DNA of 64,000 nt. Origin: an uncultured delta proteobacterium (GTDB taxonomy: Bacteria > Desulfobacterota > Desulfobacteria > Desulfobacterales > SpSt-501). Location: contig CAVQTH010000023.1 in assembly GCA_963716325.1 (NCBI GenBank), positions 65,155 through 129,154 on the forward strand. The letters are read 5' to 3'. The translations under genes were made by a program, and so were the position numbers. The notes beneath the pieces are model-generated. The model did not search any database. It saw only the letters and a list, made by a program, of their open reading frames with translations, and was not told the DNA's origin. This document shows positions 38,173 through 48,060 of the stretch, piece after piece (the stretch's first letter is position 1; every line of letters begins with the position of its first letter).

Positions 38173-39950
38173 ATTCGATCGCACAGAAGGTCCGCCGCTG
38201 GCGCCGGGAGGCCTCCGGCTACCATCGGGCGTTCACCAAGCAGGCGAACATCGCGTTCGACTTCTACGATGGGGACCAGTGGGACGCCGAGGACCGGCAG
38301 AAGCTCAAGGAGGAGGGGCGGCCGGCGCTGACCATCAACCTGACCCGGCCGCAGCTCGATCTCCTGTGCGGCGTGCAGCGCCAGGAAAAGGTCGATCTGA
38401 AGTTCATTGGGCGCACGGAGAACGACGCGCCAGTTGCCGAGGCCATGACCAAGCTCGTCAAGTACGTCTGCGACAGGAACGATCTTGAGATGCGCCAGGG
38501 CGACGTGTTCTTCGACGGAACGGTCACCGGCCGCGGCTGGTTTGTCACCGAAATGAGCTACCGAGACGACTTCCTGAACGGGGAGATCGTCGTCCGCAAG
38601 GAAGACCCCGACGAGGTCATCATCCCCCGCGGGGTCGAGCGCGATCTTTCGGACTGCCCTTGGCTGCTCAGGATCAAGCGGGTGCCGATTCAGACCGCAA
38701 AGCGCCTCTGGCCAAAATTCGCCGACAAGTTTCAGACGATCGCTGAGATCCGCGAGGCTCAGAAACTGGTCGACGACGGCGAAAGCGACTACGGAGAAGC
38801 CTCCGACGCGCAGCCGGCCGGCACCTACGAGGGGGAGGAGGCCGGCAAGGACGACGTGGAAGTCATCGAGGCCCATTGGGAAGACTTCGAGCCGGTCCGA
38901 TTCGTCATGGACGGAAACACCGGGGATGTCCAGCAGGTCCAGGACGAGGAAGCCGCCAAGAAAGCGGCCGCGGAGATCGCCGGGGTGAAGATCATCGAAC
39001 GTCACCGGCGCGTCATCAAGTGCGCCCGGCTTTCCGGCTCCGCGGTCCTGGAGGGGCCGATCACGCTGCCTGACAACCGGTATCCCCTGGTGCCATTCTT
39101 CTGCTATCGGGGCCGCAAGTGCGACTACGGGGTCGTGAAAAACATCGTCGACCCGCAGCTTGAGGTCAACAAGCGCCGGTCCCAGACCCTTCACATCATC
39201 AACACGTCGGCCAACTCCGGCTGGATCGCCGACGATGCGGAGCTCCTCGCGCAGCTGGAGGCCTTCGGTTCCAGGCCGGGCATGACCGCGCTCAAAAAAG
39301 CTGGCACCACCTACGAGCGCATCCAGCCGGCAGCACTGCCGGCGGCCGTGATGCAGATGGAGCAGCAGAGCAAGGACGACATCAAGGCCATTTCCGGGGT
39401 CAACTCGGATTTGCTCGGGATCCGGGAGGCCACGCAGTCCGGGGTCGCAATCGACCTGCGCATGCGGCAGGGATTGACCGTCATCGCGCAGATCTTCGAC
39501 AACTTCCGGCTTGCCCTGAAAGAGGTCGCCCGGCGGATCGCCGCGCGGATCATCGCCTACATGCCGGAGGATGAGATCGGTCGGATCCTGGGCGAGGAAG
39601 CGGTCCCGGAGCTAATCACTGCGATCAAGAACGCGGACATTCTGAAATACGACCTGGTGGCCGCGCAATCGCCGTCATCGCCTTCGGTGCGCATGAGCAA
39701 CTTCATGATGCTGATGGAGATGAAGAAGGCCGGTGTGCCAATCCCGGACGATCTAATTGTTGAGGCGAGCGATATTCCGGGCAAGGAAAAGATTCTCGAA
39801 AAACTCGCCCAACCGCAGATGCTGCCGCCGCAGCTGCCGCCAGGAATCCCGGGGGGGCTGCCTCCTTTCCCCGGTGGCGGCAACGGAGGGGCCGCGAGTC
39901 CACCAGCTCCGGTCCCTCCAATTCCGGCGGGAGCGGGCGGGCAGGTTTAA
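38130..39950 (+). CDS. portal protein
   Basis: 606 aa directly after TerL, with a GAAGGAGA RBS. The portal-like N-terminal region includes DGDQWDAEDRQKLKEEGRPALTIN. Pro/Gly-rich C-terminal tail. Confidence 0.75.
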   Translation: MDTEAKPAELDGGVNSIAQKVRRWRREASGYHRAFTKQANIAFDFYDGDQWDAEDRQKLKEEGRPALTINLTRPQLDLLCGVQRQEKVDLKFIGRTENDAPVAEAMTKLVKYVCDRNDLEMRQGDVFFDGTVTGRGWFVTEMSYRDDFLNGEIVVRKEDPDEVIIPRGVERDLSDCPWLLRIKRVPIQTAKRLWPKFADKFQTIAEIREAQKLVDDGESDYGEASDAQPAGTYEGEEAGKDDVEVIEAHWEDFEPVRFVMDGNTGDVQQVQDEEAAKKAAAEIAGVKIIERHRRVIKCARLSGSAVLEGPITLPDNRYPLVPFFCYRGRKCDYGVVKNIVDPQLEVNKRRSQTLHIINTSANSGWIADDAELLAQLEAFGSRPGMTALKKAGTTYERIQPAALPAAVMQMEQQSKDDIKAISGVNSDLLGIREATQSGVAIDLRMRQGLTVIAQIFDNFRLALKEVARRIAARIIAYMPEDEIGRILGEEAVPELITAIKNADILKYDLVAAQSPSSPSVRMSNFMMLMEMKKAGVPIPDDLIVEASDIPGKEKILEKLAQPQMLPPQLPPGIPGGLPPFPGGGNGGAASPPAPVPPIPAGAGGQV

Positions 39951-39974
39951 CCATCAACCCACGAAAGGTGCCTT

Positions 39975-40775
39975 ATGAGCGAAGCAGCCGAAAACCTGGA
40001 GCACAACGACCTGGAAGAAGATCTCTCTACTATTGAGGACGACGACGAACCCGGCGCAGAACCTGATGAGGGTGGAGAACCCGCCGGGAGCAAAGCCGAG
40101 GAGCCGCCCCCGCAGAAGCCAGCCGCACTGGATACTGCCAGGCTCCAGGAGGAGGTCGAGAACTACAAACGCGCCCTGATCGAGGAGCGAACCAAGCGCC
40201 AGGAAGCCCAGCGCCTGCTTGAATTCAACATCTTCCAGGCCAGGCACGCCGCCGCTCAGCCCCAGACGCCGGCGAAAAAGGAAGAGGACGACGACGCGAT
40301 TACCCCGCTGGTCAAGCCAGTCCTGGACAAGGAGATTTCCCCGATTTCCCAGGAGCTCCGGCAGGTGAAGGCCCAGCTCTCCGAGCAGCAGGCCCGCGGG
40401 CGGTACAAGGATTATGACCAAGTGGTTGCCAAGGTGCTGCCAACCATCCAGCAGGATCCGAGCATGTTCAACCTCTTCCTGCAGGCGCCTGATCCGGCCG
40501 AGTTCGCCTACCGCATGGGGGTTTTTATGACCCTCGACGATCGGATCGCAGCGGCTCGCGAGGAAGGCCGCCGGGAAGCGCTCGCCGGCCTGAAAAAAAC
40601 GGGCGACGGCAGCCCGCCGCCGGCCGGCCTCTCGGACGCTGCATACGGCAAACGGGGCGGAGCAGGGGCCGGTGACGGGGAGGACATCAGCGTCGAGGCC
40701 GCCGCCAAGCTCAGCCCTCAGGAGTGGGCGAAGCTGCCGGAAAAGACCCGGCGCCGGCTGCTCGGCATCGGATAA
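39975..40775 (+). CDS. scaffolding protein
   Basis: Acidic, coiled-coil-rich 266-aa protein between the portal and capsid genes. Confidence 0.6.
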   Translation: MSEAAENLEHNDLEEDLSTIEDDDEPGAEPDEGGEPAGSKAEEPPPQKPAALDTARLQEEVENYKRALIEERTKRQEAQRLLEFNIFQARHAAAQPQTPAKKEEDDDAITPLVKPVLDKEISPISQELRQVKAQLSEQQARGRYKDYDQVVAKVLPTIQQDPSMFNLFLQAPDPAEFAYRMGVFMTLDDRIAAAREEGRREALAGLKKTGDGSPPPAGLSDAAYGKRGGAGAGDGEDISVEAAAKLSPQEWAKLPEKTRRRLLGIG

Positions 40776-40951
40776 CAGGCTTTTCGTTCAATCGGGACGG
40801 GCAACCCGTCATCAGCCCAAAGCTATCGAGCCGGCCAACTCGTAAAAGGCCATCTTCGGGAGACCACCCGTAAAAAGTCACTTGTTCGGCGCGGACCGTT
40901 ACCCCGCGAGGCTTCAACCCGAAACAACCGACTTTTACGGAGGATCCTGAA

Positions 40952-41950
40952 ATGGCTGAAACGATTGGCCCCAGCATGAAACAGCTCTGGGCGAAAGAAA
41001 CCTGGATGGCCGCTCTCCAGGGGACGTTTTTCTATAAATTCTTCAACAAAACCTCCGACGACAAAAACTCCCCCATTTTTTACACCGACGAGCTCAAGCG
41101 CGAAAAGGGCGGGCAGTACAACATTTCGCTCCTGACCCCGCTCGTGGGGGAAGGGGTGGAAGACGACGCGATCCTGGAAGGCAACGAGGAGGCGCTGATC
41201 TACTACGACGTGAGCCTCGCCCTCAAGGAATATGCGCACGCCGTCCGCCTCAAGGGCCGCCTCGCCGAGCAGAAGGTCGCGGTCAACATGCGCAAGGACG
41301 CGAAGGCCGCCCTTTCTGACTGGCTGATGCGAAAGATCGACCGGACCTTCGTCGAGGTGCTCTCCGCCAGTCCGACCACGAACCGGGTGCTCTACGCGAA
41401 CGACGCGACGAGCGACGCGACGATCGACTCCTCTGACGTATTCTCCACCACGATTCTTTCCCGCGCCAAGCGCAAGGCCCAGCTCGCCACCATCGGCACG
41501 AACAACGCCGAGTCCAAGATCCGGCCCATCCGGGTCAACGGAGCCGACCACTACCTCTGCCTGCTGCACCCCTACCAGGCCAAAGCGCTGAAGGCTGAAG
41601 CCGCCTGGCAGCAGGCCCAGCGCGAGGCGAACGTCCGCGGGGAGAAGAACCCGATCTTCTCGGGGGCGCTCGGTATGTGGGACGGAGTGGTGATCTACGA
41701 GTACGAGCGCATCAAGACCTATTCGACCTGGGGCGCCGGCGGCAACCTGCCCGGCGCGCGAGCCCTTTTCCTTGGGGCTCATGCCGGTGCGCTTGCTGTC
41801 GCCAAGGGCTCCACCTGGGACGAGAAGACCTTCGACTACAACCGCAAGGCGGGCTTCGCCATCTCCACGATCGCGGCGATTGCCAAGCCCAAGTTCAACA
41901 ACGAGGACTATGCGCTGATCGCGCTCGACTCCTACATCGCGGTTGACTGA
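40952..41950 (+). CDS. major capsid protein
   Basis: 332 aa with a GGAGGA RBS. Position after the scaffold gene. The length would fit an HK97-fold capsid protein. Confidence 0.7.
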   Translation: MAETIGPSMKQLWAKETWMAALQGTFFYKFFNKTSDDKNSPIFYTDELKREKGGQYNISLLTPLVGEGVEDDAILEGNEEALIYYDVSLALKEYAHAVRLKGRLAEQKVAVNMRKDAKAALSDWLMRKIDRTFVEVLSASPTTNRVLYANDATSDATIDSSDVFSTTILSRAKRKAQLATIGTNNAESKIRPIRVNGADHYLCLLHPYQAKALKAEAAWQQAQREANVRGEKNPIFSGALGMWDGVVIYEYERIKTYSTWGAGGNLPGARALFLGAHAGALAVAKGSTWDEKTFDYNRKAGFAISTIAAIAKPKFNNEDYALIALDSYIAVD

Positions 41951-42014
41951 TGAAAACCCCTAACGCCGGCGGGCGCTGTCCCGCCGGCCTTCCTAACAAC
42001 GGAGGAAACGCAAA

Positions 42015-42440
42015 ATGGCAACCGCCTATAACAGCTCTCGAATCACAAACAAGGTTCCCCCTCGGGGCGTTGTCGGGGAGGTGACCAGCGTTTTTGCCGA
42101 GTTCACCTTTCCCGCCGCTCCGGTTGTAAACGACACGGTGAAGATGTTCACCCTGCCCAAGGGGGCCGTTCTCCTCGAAATGCTCCTCAGCGCGGACGAC
42201 CTCGACACCAACGGCACGCCCGCGGTGATGCTTCAGGTCGGGGACGGCACGACCGCCGATCTCTTCTTCTACGCCGACGGGGTTGCAAAAACCGGCGGCA
42301 TGTCGCGCATGAGCAACCCGGCCAAGCTCGGCCAGGTGCTCGCCGCCGACACCGACGTGGTGGCCAAGGTATCCACTGCGCCTGCCACCGGCGCGGTCGG
42401 CAAGATCGGCCTGGCGGCTCTCTACGCCATGCAACAGTAA
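42015..42440 (+). CDS. phage structural protein, possibly head decoration/accessory
   Basis: 141 aa immediately after the capsid gene, with a GGAGGAAA RBS. No diagnostic motif. Confidence 0.4.
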   Translation: MATAYNSSRITNKVPPRGVVGEVTSVFAEFTFPAAPVVNDTVKMFTLPKGAVLLEMLLSADDLDTNGTPAVMLQVGDGTTADLFFYADGVAKTGGMSRMSNPAKLGQVLAADTDVVAKVSTAPATGAVGKIGLAALYAMQQ

Positions 42441-42503
42441 ACCGTTAGCCGGCGGGCTGCCGCGCTCGGCGCCCGCCGAAATCCAACAACGCGAGGTCTT
42501 TTC

Positions 42504-42797
42504 ATGCTGATCGAATACCACGGACCGAAGCCTGCAAAGACCCTCACACGGTTCTGGGGCAAGGAATACCGATTCGCCCCGGTATGCGAGGTGGAGGATG
42601 AAGACGGCAAGGTCCTACTGGCCGAATGTGGAGACATCTTCCGACTGTGCGGCCCCGGGGAGGCGCAAAAAGAGGCCGGACCTGTATCGGAAGATCGTCA
42701 ACCGGAGGAAACCAAACCTGATTCCGCTCCGCCCGTGCGGAAGGGCATCTGCCGGGGACGGCGCGCCCAACGGAGACAGGAACATGCCGAGTCTTGA
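42504..42797 (+). CDS. phage hypothetical protein
   Basis: 97-aa ORF in the late operon. Its C-terminal half is low complexity. Confidence 0.35.
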   Translation: MLIEYHGPKPAKTLTRFWGKEYRFAPVCEVEDEDGKVLLAECGDIFRLCGPGEAQKEAGPVSEDRQPEETKPDSAPPVRKGICRGRRAQRRQEHAES

Positions 42798-43074
42798 GGA
42801 GCTGGGGGCAAGCGCCGGGGTGGGGTTCATCACGAGCCTTGTCACCCTGCTTTTTACGATCTTCGGCTTCAACCGTCGCCTGGAGCGGGTGGAGCAGTCC
42901 AAGCTCGACAAGGCGATCCATGACGCCTGTAGCACTGGCATGGTCAACGAGATCCGCCAGCTGCGGCAGGACACCGCAAACGAGATCCGGCAGCTGCGGA
43001 TGGACACCAGCCAGGATCTACGCAACCTGGCCACCCGGATCGACCGGATCCTGAATAATCACAAGGACGAGTGA
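42784..43074 (+). CDS. membrane-anchored coiled-coil protein (lysis-associated, holin/spanin-like)
   Basis: One TM segment (GFITSLVTLLFTIFGF), then a repeated EIRQLRQDT/EIRQLRMDT coiled coil. First gene of four overlapping lysis-type genes. Confidence 0.45.
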   Translation: MPSLEELGASAGVGFITSLVTLLFTIFGFNRRLERVEQSKLDKAIHDACSTGMVNEIRQLRQDTANEIRQLRMDTSQDLRNLATRIDRILNNHKDE

Positions 43075-43517
43075 ACGTGGGTTTCATATCCGCCATTCCG
43101 ATCCTGGGCGAGGTGGTCCAGGGGGGGATCGAGATCATCAAGAAGCTGATCCCAGACCGCGACAAGCAGCTGGAGGCCGAGTTCGCACTAAGAACGATCG
43201 CCCTCGAAGCTGAGAACAGGCTCCGCGATCAGGAGCATGCGGAGAAGATGGGCCAGATCGACATTAACAAGATTGAGGCCGCGAGTCCCGATCCATACGT
43301 CCGGCGGGCGCGGCCGACCACACTCTGGATCTGCAACGCGGCCCTTGGCTACGTCTTCATCGTCCATCCGCTCGCCTGCTGGGCGGCGGCAGTTTGGAAA
43401 CCGGATCTAAAGCCTCCCGGCCTTCCCGATGCGGAATACCTCTTCATTGTGCTCGGTGCGCTGCTCGGTTTCGGGGGGTTCCGATCCTGGGAAAAATGGA
43501 AGGGGGTCACGAAATGA
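43071..43517 (+). CDS. 3-TM holin (gene-transfer-release holin family-like)
   Basis: N-terminal amphipathic segment with KKLIPDRDKQLEAE. C-terminal hydrophobic segments. Start overlaps the upstream stop. Confidence 0.55.
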   Translation: MNVGFISAIPILGEVVQGGIEIIKKLIPDRDKQLEAEFALRTIALEAENRLRDQEHAEKMGQIDINKIEAASPDPYVRRARPTTLWICNAALGYVFIVHPLACWAAAVWKPDLKPPGLPDAEYLFIVLGALLGFGGFRSWEKWKGVTK

Positions 43518-43660
43518 AAAACGTCGATCATCAAATTTTAGAGATGGCTGAAGCGGATCGCAGCGGGGTCATGCTCGGCCTGGTTTTCTTCATGCTTTAC
43601 GGGGCGGCGGTCGGAGGCGTGATCGGATTTCTGATCGGCCGTGCCAGCTGTGGAGGATGA
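43514..43660 (+). CDS. small single-TM phage protein (lysis accessory?)
   Basis: 48 aa with the TM segment VMLGLVFFMLYGAAVGGVIGFLIG. ATGA overlap with the holin stop. Confidence 0.45.
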   Translation: MKNVDHQILEMAEADRSGVMLGLVFFMLYGAAVGGVIGFLIGRASCGG

Positions 43661-43664
43661 TCTC

Positions 43665-44111
43665 ATGACCACGCGCATGAATCCCACCCGAATCATCCTC
43701 CACTGCTCGGCCACCGAGGATGGTCGGACCGTCTCCTGGAGTGCGATCCGCCGGTTTCATGTGGAACAGCGGGGCTGGGCGGACATCGGCTATCACTTCG
43801 GGGTCGAACTGGTGAATGACGGCTATGAGATCCTTCTCGGGCGATTCCCGGAACGGATGGGGGCGCACTGCCAGAACCAGAATTTCGACTCCCTGGGGAT
43901 TTGCTTCGTCGGCAGCTTCGACGCGAGTTCGCCGCCGCCGGCGCAGTGGGAGAGGGGGGTCAAGCTCGTCGCCTGGCTCTGCCGGCGGTTCATCATCGGG
44001 GCGGATAAAGTTTTCGGACACCGGGAGTTTGACCCGCAAAAGACCTGTCCGGGGCTCGCCTTCGAATTATCCAGGTTCCGCAGCGATCTGAAAAAGGAGC
44101 TTGCCCGATGA
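43665..44111 (+). CDS. N-acetylmuramoyl-L-alanine amidase endolysin (Amidase_2/PGRP, T7-lysozyme-like)
   Basis: IILHCSAT...GWADIGYHFGV...GAHC...GHREF...KTCPG zinc-amidase motifs. GGAGGA RBS before ATG 43665. Confidence 0.85.
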   Translation: MTTRMNPTRIILHCSATEDGRTVSWSAIRRFHVEQRGWADIGYHFGVELVNDGYEILLGRFPERMGAHCQNQNFDSLGICFVGSFDASSPPPAQWERGVKLVAWLCRRFIIGADKVFGHREFDPQKTCPGLAFELSRFRSDLKKELAR

Positions 44112-44734
44112 ACGCCCTTGCCCTGGTCAACGCCGTCTTGAAAGAGCTCCGGCAGCCGGTCGTCTCCACCCTGGCCAACGCAGAGCAGTACGTCCAAAAC
44201 GCCCTGTTCGCCCTAAATGCGACGGCCGGCAAACTCGCCTCGGGCAACGCATTGCCGTTTCTCGAAGCGGTCCAAGAGATCACGCTCGCAACCGGCACGC
44301 CGGACTATGCACTGGCGGCGGACCACGACCGGATCCTTGCCGACCCCTACATGAACGACCCCGCTCTGCGGCTCATCCCGAGGGTGAGCGAGCTCGTCTG
44401 GGGCGAGGAAACCCTGGGACGGACCCTGCAGGGAACGCCGGCTATCTGCCATCTCGCCGGCGGGAAGATCTGGTTCTGGTACGTCCCGGACGCAGCTAAC
44501 AACGGGAAGAAGGCCTTTGTCCGCTACCAGAAAAAGCCGGCCGAGCTCGCCGCAGATGCCGATGTCTCGCCCTTCGACGACTACGTTCTGATCACCGGGG
44601 CGGTTGCCAAGGTGAAAACCATCGACGGGGACGTGTCGCCGGCCGACGTGGAGGACCACCGCGACACGAAGCACAGCTACCTGGTCGAGCAGCGTCGGCA
44701 GACGCCGCGCTTCGTTCCGTATCGGGATTTCTGA
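44108..44734 (+). CDS. phage structural protein (adaptor/tail-tube-A-like position)
   Basis: 208 aa. ATGA overlap with the endolysin stop. Called from position only. Confidence 0.4.
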   Translation: MNALALVNAVLKELRQPVVSTLANAEQYVQNALFALNATAGKLASGNALPFLEAVQEITLATGTPDYALAADHDRILADPYMNDPALRLIPRVSELVWGEETLGRTLQGTPAICHLAGGKIWFWYVPDAANNGKKAFVRYQKKPAELAADADVSPFDDYVLITGAVAKVKTIDGDVSPADVEDHRDTKHSYLVEQRRQTPRFVPYRDF

Positions 44735-44736
44735 CC

Positions 44737-46194
44737 ATGCCGAAAGTCTTTCCCTTTCCCCGCTCCAAGGGACTGAACACGATCACCGACCCGGTGAACA
44801 TGAAGCCGGAGTTCTGCCCGGTGTTCAAGAACGCCTACATCAACGAGGAAGGCTTGTGGGCGCAGCGGCCGGGCTCGGTGAAGGCCTCACAGCAGATCGG
44901 GGGCGGGCTCAGGATCGAAAGCCTGGTGCAGTACCGCAAACGCGACGGCACGCAAATGACGATAGCCGCGGCGGGCGGATCGCTGCTCAAGAAAAACGAA
45001 GACGGCTCCTGGGCGACGATCCGGACCGGGCTCGGAAGCAACATCGTTTCTGCGGCGGTTTTCAACGACAAGCTGGTCGTGTTCAACGGTGTCAACCTGC
45101 CGTTCTGGACAGACGGCTCGACCTGGGCGGAGCTCTCCAACCTCTGCACCGACTGGAGCTACGGCGATGTCCCGAAATACGTCATCACCTACAAGGGCAG
45201 GCTCTTCGTCGGCGGCCGGCCGGGCGCCCGGCAGTTGATCTATTACTGTGGGCTCCAGGATATGAACGACTGGATCTCAGCCAACAACGCCGGCTACATC
45301 GACCTGTCTATGCAGGTCTCGATCGCGAGCGGCTCGGTGACCGGGCTCGCGGTTTGGGAAGGCTATCTCGTTTTCGTCATGGGGGACGAGATCTTTGTCT
45401 GGGCCTGGACGGACCCGCAGAACCAGGGGCTCGTGAAAGTGTTTCCTGTGGGCGCCCCATTCGGCCGGCCGGTGGGGTTCGGAAACGACCTGCTTTTTGC
45501 CAGCCGGCTCGGGATAAAAAGCCTAACTCGTTCTGTTAAGACAGGAGAGTTAAATATAGACAATTTATCGGAAAACATTGAACCTTTGGTTCTTGCCCGC
45601 ATGAAGGCCTCGGGTGTCCTCTCCGCGGCAATTTATCCTGCGCTGCGGCTGACCCTCTTTCACATGCCGCCCTCGATCCTGGTCTACGACTACGCCCACG
45701 AGGCCTGGGCGGAGTGGACCGGGCTGGATGCCGCGGCCATGCTCGCCGTCGATTACGATCTCTTTTTCGGCGGCGCCGGCGGCTACCTCTACAAGCTCGA
45801 CCCGGGAGCTGCCAGCGACGACGGCACGGCGATCGACATGTACGTCGAAACCCCCTGGCTGAAATTCGGCCGTATCTCCACCATCAAGATTCCTCTCTGG
45901 CTCAAAATGGTGCTGGGCGAAGGCTCGCTCGGTGCGCTCACCATCACCGAGCAGATGGATTTTACGTCCCGGATCGCCATCAACAAGACCTTCACAGCAG
46001 ACACCGGCAGCTACTGGCGGGTTGCGAAGTGGCGGACCTATTACTGGCGCGGCACCAAGAACGCGGCCGTCATGATTCCGCTCCTCGGCCGGGGGAAGGC
46101 GGTCAAGTTCGGGTTTAAGCACGTGGACAACTACAAGCCGTTTGCGATGGCCGCAACCGAGGTCATTTACAACGAAGCGGGTTATCGAGCCTGA
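44737..46194 (+). CDS. phage structural protein (nozzle/tail-tube-B-like position)
   Basis: 485 aa with a repetitive beta-rich sequence. Called from position only. Confidence 0.4.
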   Translation: MPKVFPFPRSKGLNTITDPVNMKPEFCPVFKNAYINEEGLWAQRPGSVKASQQIGGGLRIESLVQYRKRDGTQMTIAAAGGSLLKKNEDGSWATIRTGLGSNIVSAAVFNDKLVVFNGVNLPFWTDGSTWAELSNLCTDWSYGDVPKYVITYKGRLFVGGRPGARQLIYYCGLQDMNDWISANNAGYIDLSMQVSIASGSVTGLAVWEGYLVFVMGDEIFVWAWTDPQNQGLVKVFPVGAPFGRPVGFGNDLLFASRLGIKSLTRSVKTGELNIDNLSENIEPLVLARMKASGVLSAAIYPALRLTLFHMPPSILVYDYAHEAWAEWTGLDAAAMLAVDYDLFFGGAGGYLYKLDPGAASDDGTAIDMYVETPWLKFGRISTIKIPLWLKMVLGEGSLGALTITEQMDFTSRIAINKTFTADTGSYWRVAKWRTYYWRGTKNAAVMIPLLGRGKAVKFGFKHVDNYKPFAMAATEVIYNEAGYRA

Positions 46195-46210
46195 GAAAGG
46201 AGAACACAAA

Positions 46211-47068
46211 ATGTGGGGGTATGTAGCAGCAGCCATTGCGATGGCCATTGTTTCCGCAATTGCGACGAGCATGAACAAGCCCAAAGTCCCAAAGCCCCAG
46301 CCTCCGGCGAACTACAGCAGCCCAGAGGGGATGCAACGCTGGAACTCTGAAACCAACACCTACGAGTGGATCCCGACCCCGCTCACCCCTGAACAGGAGG
46401 CGGCCAAGAAGGCCCGCGAAGAAAAGATCGGTGGCCTGGAGGCGGGCCTCAACACGCCGGAGCCCGAGCGGATCGCCGAATGGGACCGCTTCCAGCAGTC
46501 ATACTCTGACCAGATGATGAAGCCGTTGACGGACCAGTACGCTATTGCCAAACGCAACCTCGAAGAAAACTTCGCCGCAAGGGGGTTGACCGGATCCCGG
46601 GCGCATGTGGACGCGCTCGCCGAGCTCGAAAAGGATTGGCAGGCGACTCAGGTTGACGTCCAGAACCGGGCGGTGCAAGCCCGCGAGTCGCTCGCGCAGC
46701 AGGATTTTCAAAACCGCCTGGCCACCCTGGAAGCGCTCCGCGGGGGCAAGAGCCTGGAAGAAGCCCAGGCGATCCGGCAGCAGGGGATCGCGCAGCAGGG
46801 GGTTCAGGGCGCAACCGCCATGCAGAACGCCCGCTGGGACCAGTCCATGCAGGGTGCGATGGCGCGCTGGGCGAACACGAACCAGGGGATTCAGGGCGGA
46901 TTGCAGGCGGGCAGCAACCTTGCGCTGCTCTACGGCCTGAGCAGCATGAAGCAGGGCCAGACGCAGCCCCAGACCCGGCAGCCGACCCCGACCACCAACC
47001 TTTCAAATCTGACGAGCCTTTGGGCCTCGCAGCAGAATCAACTGATCCCGTATCAGCCGGCTTGGTAA
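46211..47068 (+). CDS. phage internal/ejection-type protein (N-terminal TM segment, Q-rich coiled coil)
   Basis: MWGYVAAAIAMAIVSAIATS TM segment. GAAAGGAGAA RBS before ATG 46211. Confidence 0.4.
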   Translation: MWGYVAAAIAMAIVSAIATSMNKPKVPKPQPPANYSSPEGMQRWNSETNTYEWIPTPLTPEQEAAKKAREEKIGGLEAGLNTPEPERIAEWDRFQQSYSDQMMKPLTDQYAIAKRNLEENFAARGLTGSRAHVDALAELEKDWQATQVDVQNRAVQARESLAQQDFQNRLATLEALRGGKSLEEAQAIRQQGIAQQGVQGATAMQNARWDQSMQGAMARWANTNQGIQGGLQAGSNLALLYGLSSMKQGQTQPQTRQPTPTTNLSNLTSLWASQQNQLIPYQPAW

Positions 47069-47084
47069 GGAAGGAGGCCGAACG

Positions 47085-48059
47085 ATGGCAAGCATCCTGA
47101 GTTTACTGACACAGCAAAACCCGGGAACAGCCGGCAGTCGAAAGTCCGCTTATCCCTCTCCACCGATTCCGGCTGCCGCCTACCGTGCACAGGCTCTGAA
47201 AACCTCAATTCCGTTGCTTTATGGCCAGATGCAAACCGCCGGGAGAAACCCCTACGACTTTTCCGGGCCGATCATGGGGTATGCAACCGGCCGGGCGATA
47301 GCTGATTACTCCGGTGCGATGCAGGAGGCCGAAGAGCAAAACCAGGCGGCCCAAATGCTGAACCGCGAGAAATGGACCAAAGCGCTGCAGGAAGATCCTG
47401 GGCTCCTGCAAAACCCGGCGAAGCTGATCCAGACTGCCATGATGATCGACCCGCACATCATGGAGAGGTTTAAAACCGCGCTCGAAGTATCCAAACTAAC
47501 TCAAGAAACCGACCGGATCGAGAAGCTGACTCCGGCTGAGAAAACGCTCAAGGAGGCCCAGGCGACCCAGGCCGGCAGCCAGGCGGCCGAGAACCTTGCT
47601 GGCGCTCAGCTGAAAGGCGAACAAGCTGCCACAGCTGGCGCGCTGCGCGGCCCGGAAGCCCGGCTCAAGGGTGCGATGGCAGGCAAATACGAACGCGAGA
47701 CCGGGCTGATGGGCCAGGAGAGCAAGTACCGCGTTCCGTCCTCGACCTATTCTCCAGTGACCGATGCCATGGTCGCGCAGTTCTGGCCGCTCGCCCAGAT
47801 GAGCCTGCCGGAGGAGCTCAAGAACAACGCCTCGATGCTGTTATCGGATCCCATGACCGGCAAGCCGAACGAGGCGAAGATCCGGTCCTTCCTGCCCTAC
47901 GACGTGCAGCAGCGCTACGACGCGATCAAGCTTCAGGCGGAGAAGAACGTCGCCGCCGGAATGACACCCCAGGAAGCTGTGCAAAGCGCCATGAGTGGGG
48001 CCGGGGCAGGGACCGCTCCCGCTCAGACGGAATTCCGTCCGCCGGTGAGGTTCAGGTAA
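47085..48059 (+). CDS. phage internal/ejection-type protein
   Basis: 324 aa, Ala/Gln-rich, with an AAGGAGG RBS. Precedes the giant protein. Confidence 0.4.
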   Translation: MASILSLLTQQNPGTAGSRKSAYPSPPIPAAAYRAQALKTSIPLLYGQMQTAGRNPYDFSGPIMGYATGRAIADYSGAMQEAEEQNQAAQMLNREKWTKALQEDPGLLQNPAKLIQTAMMIDPHIMERFKTALEVSKLTQETDRIEKLTPAEKTLKEAQATQAGSQAAENLAGAQLKGEQAATAGALRGPEARLKGAMAGKYERETGLMGQESKYRVPSSTYSPVTDAMVAQFWPLAQMSLPEELKNNASMLLSDPMTGKPNEAKIRSFLPYDVQQRYDAIKLQAEKNVAAGMTPQEAVQSAMSGAGAGTAPAQTEFRPPVRFR

Positions 48060-48060
48060 G

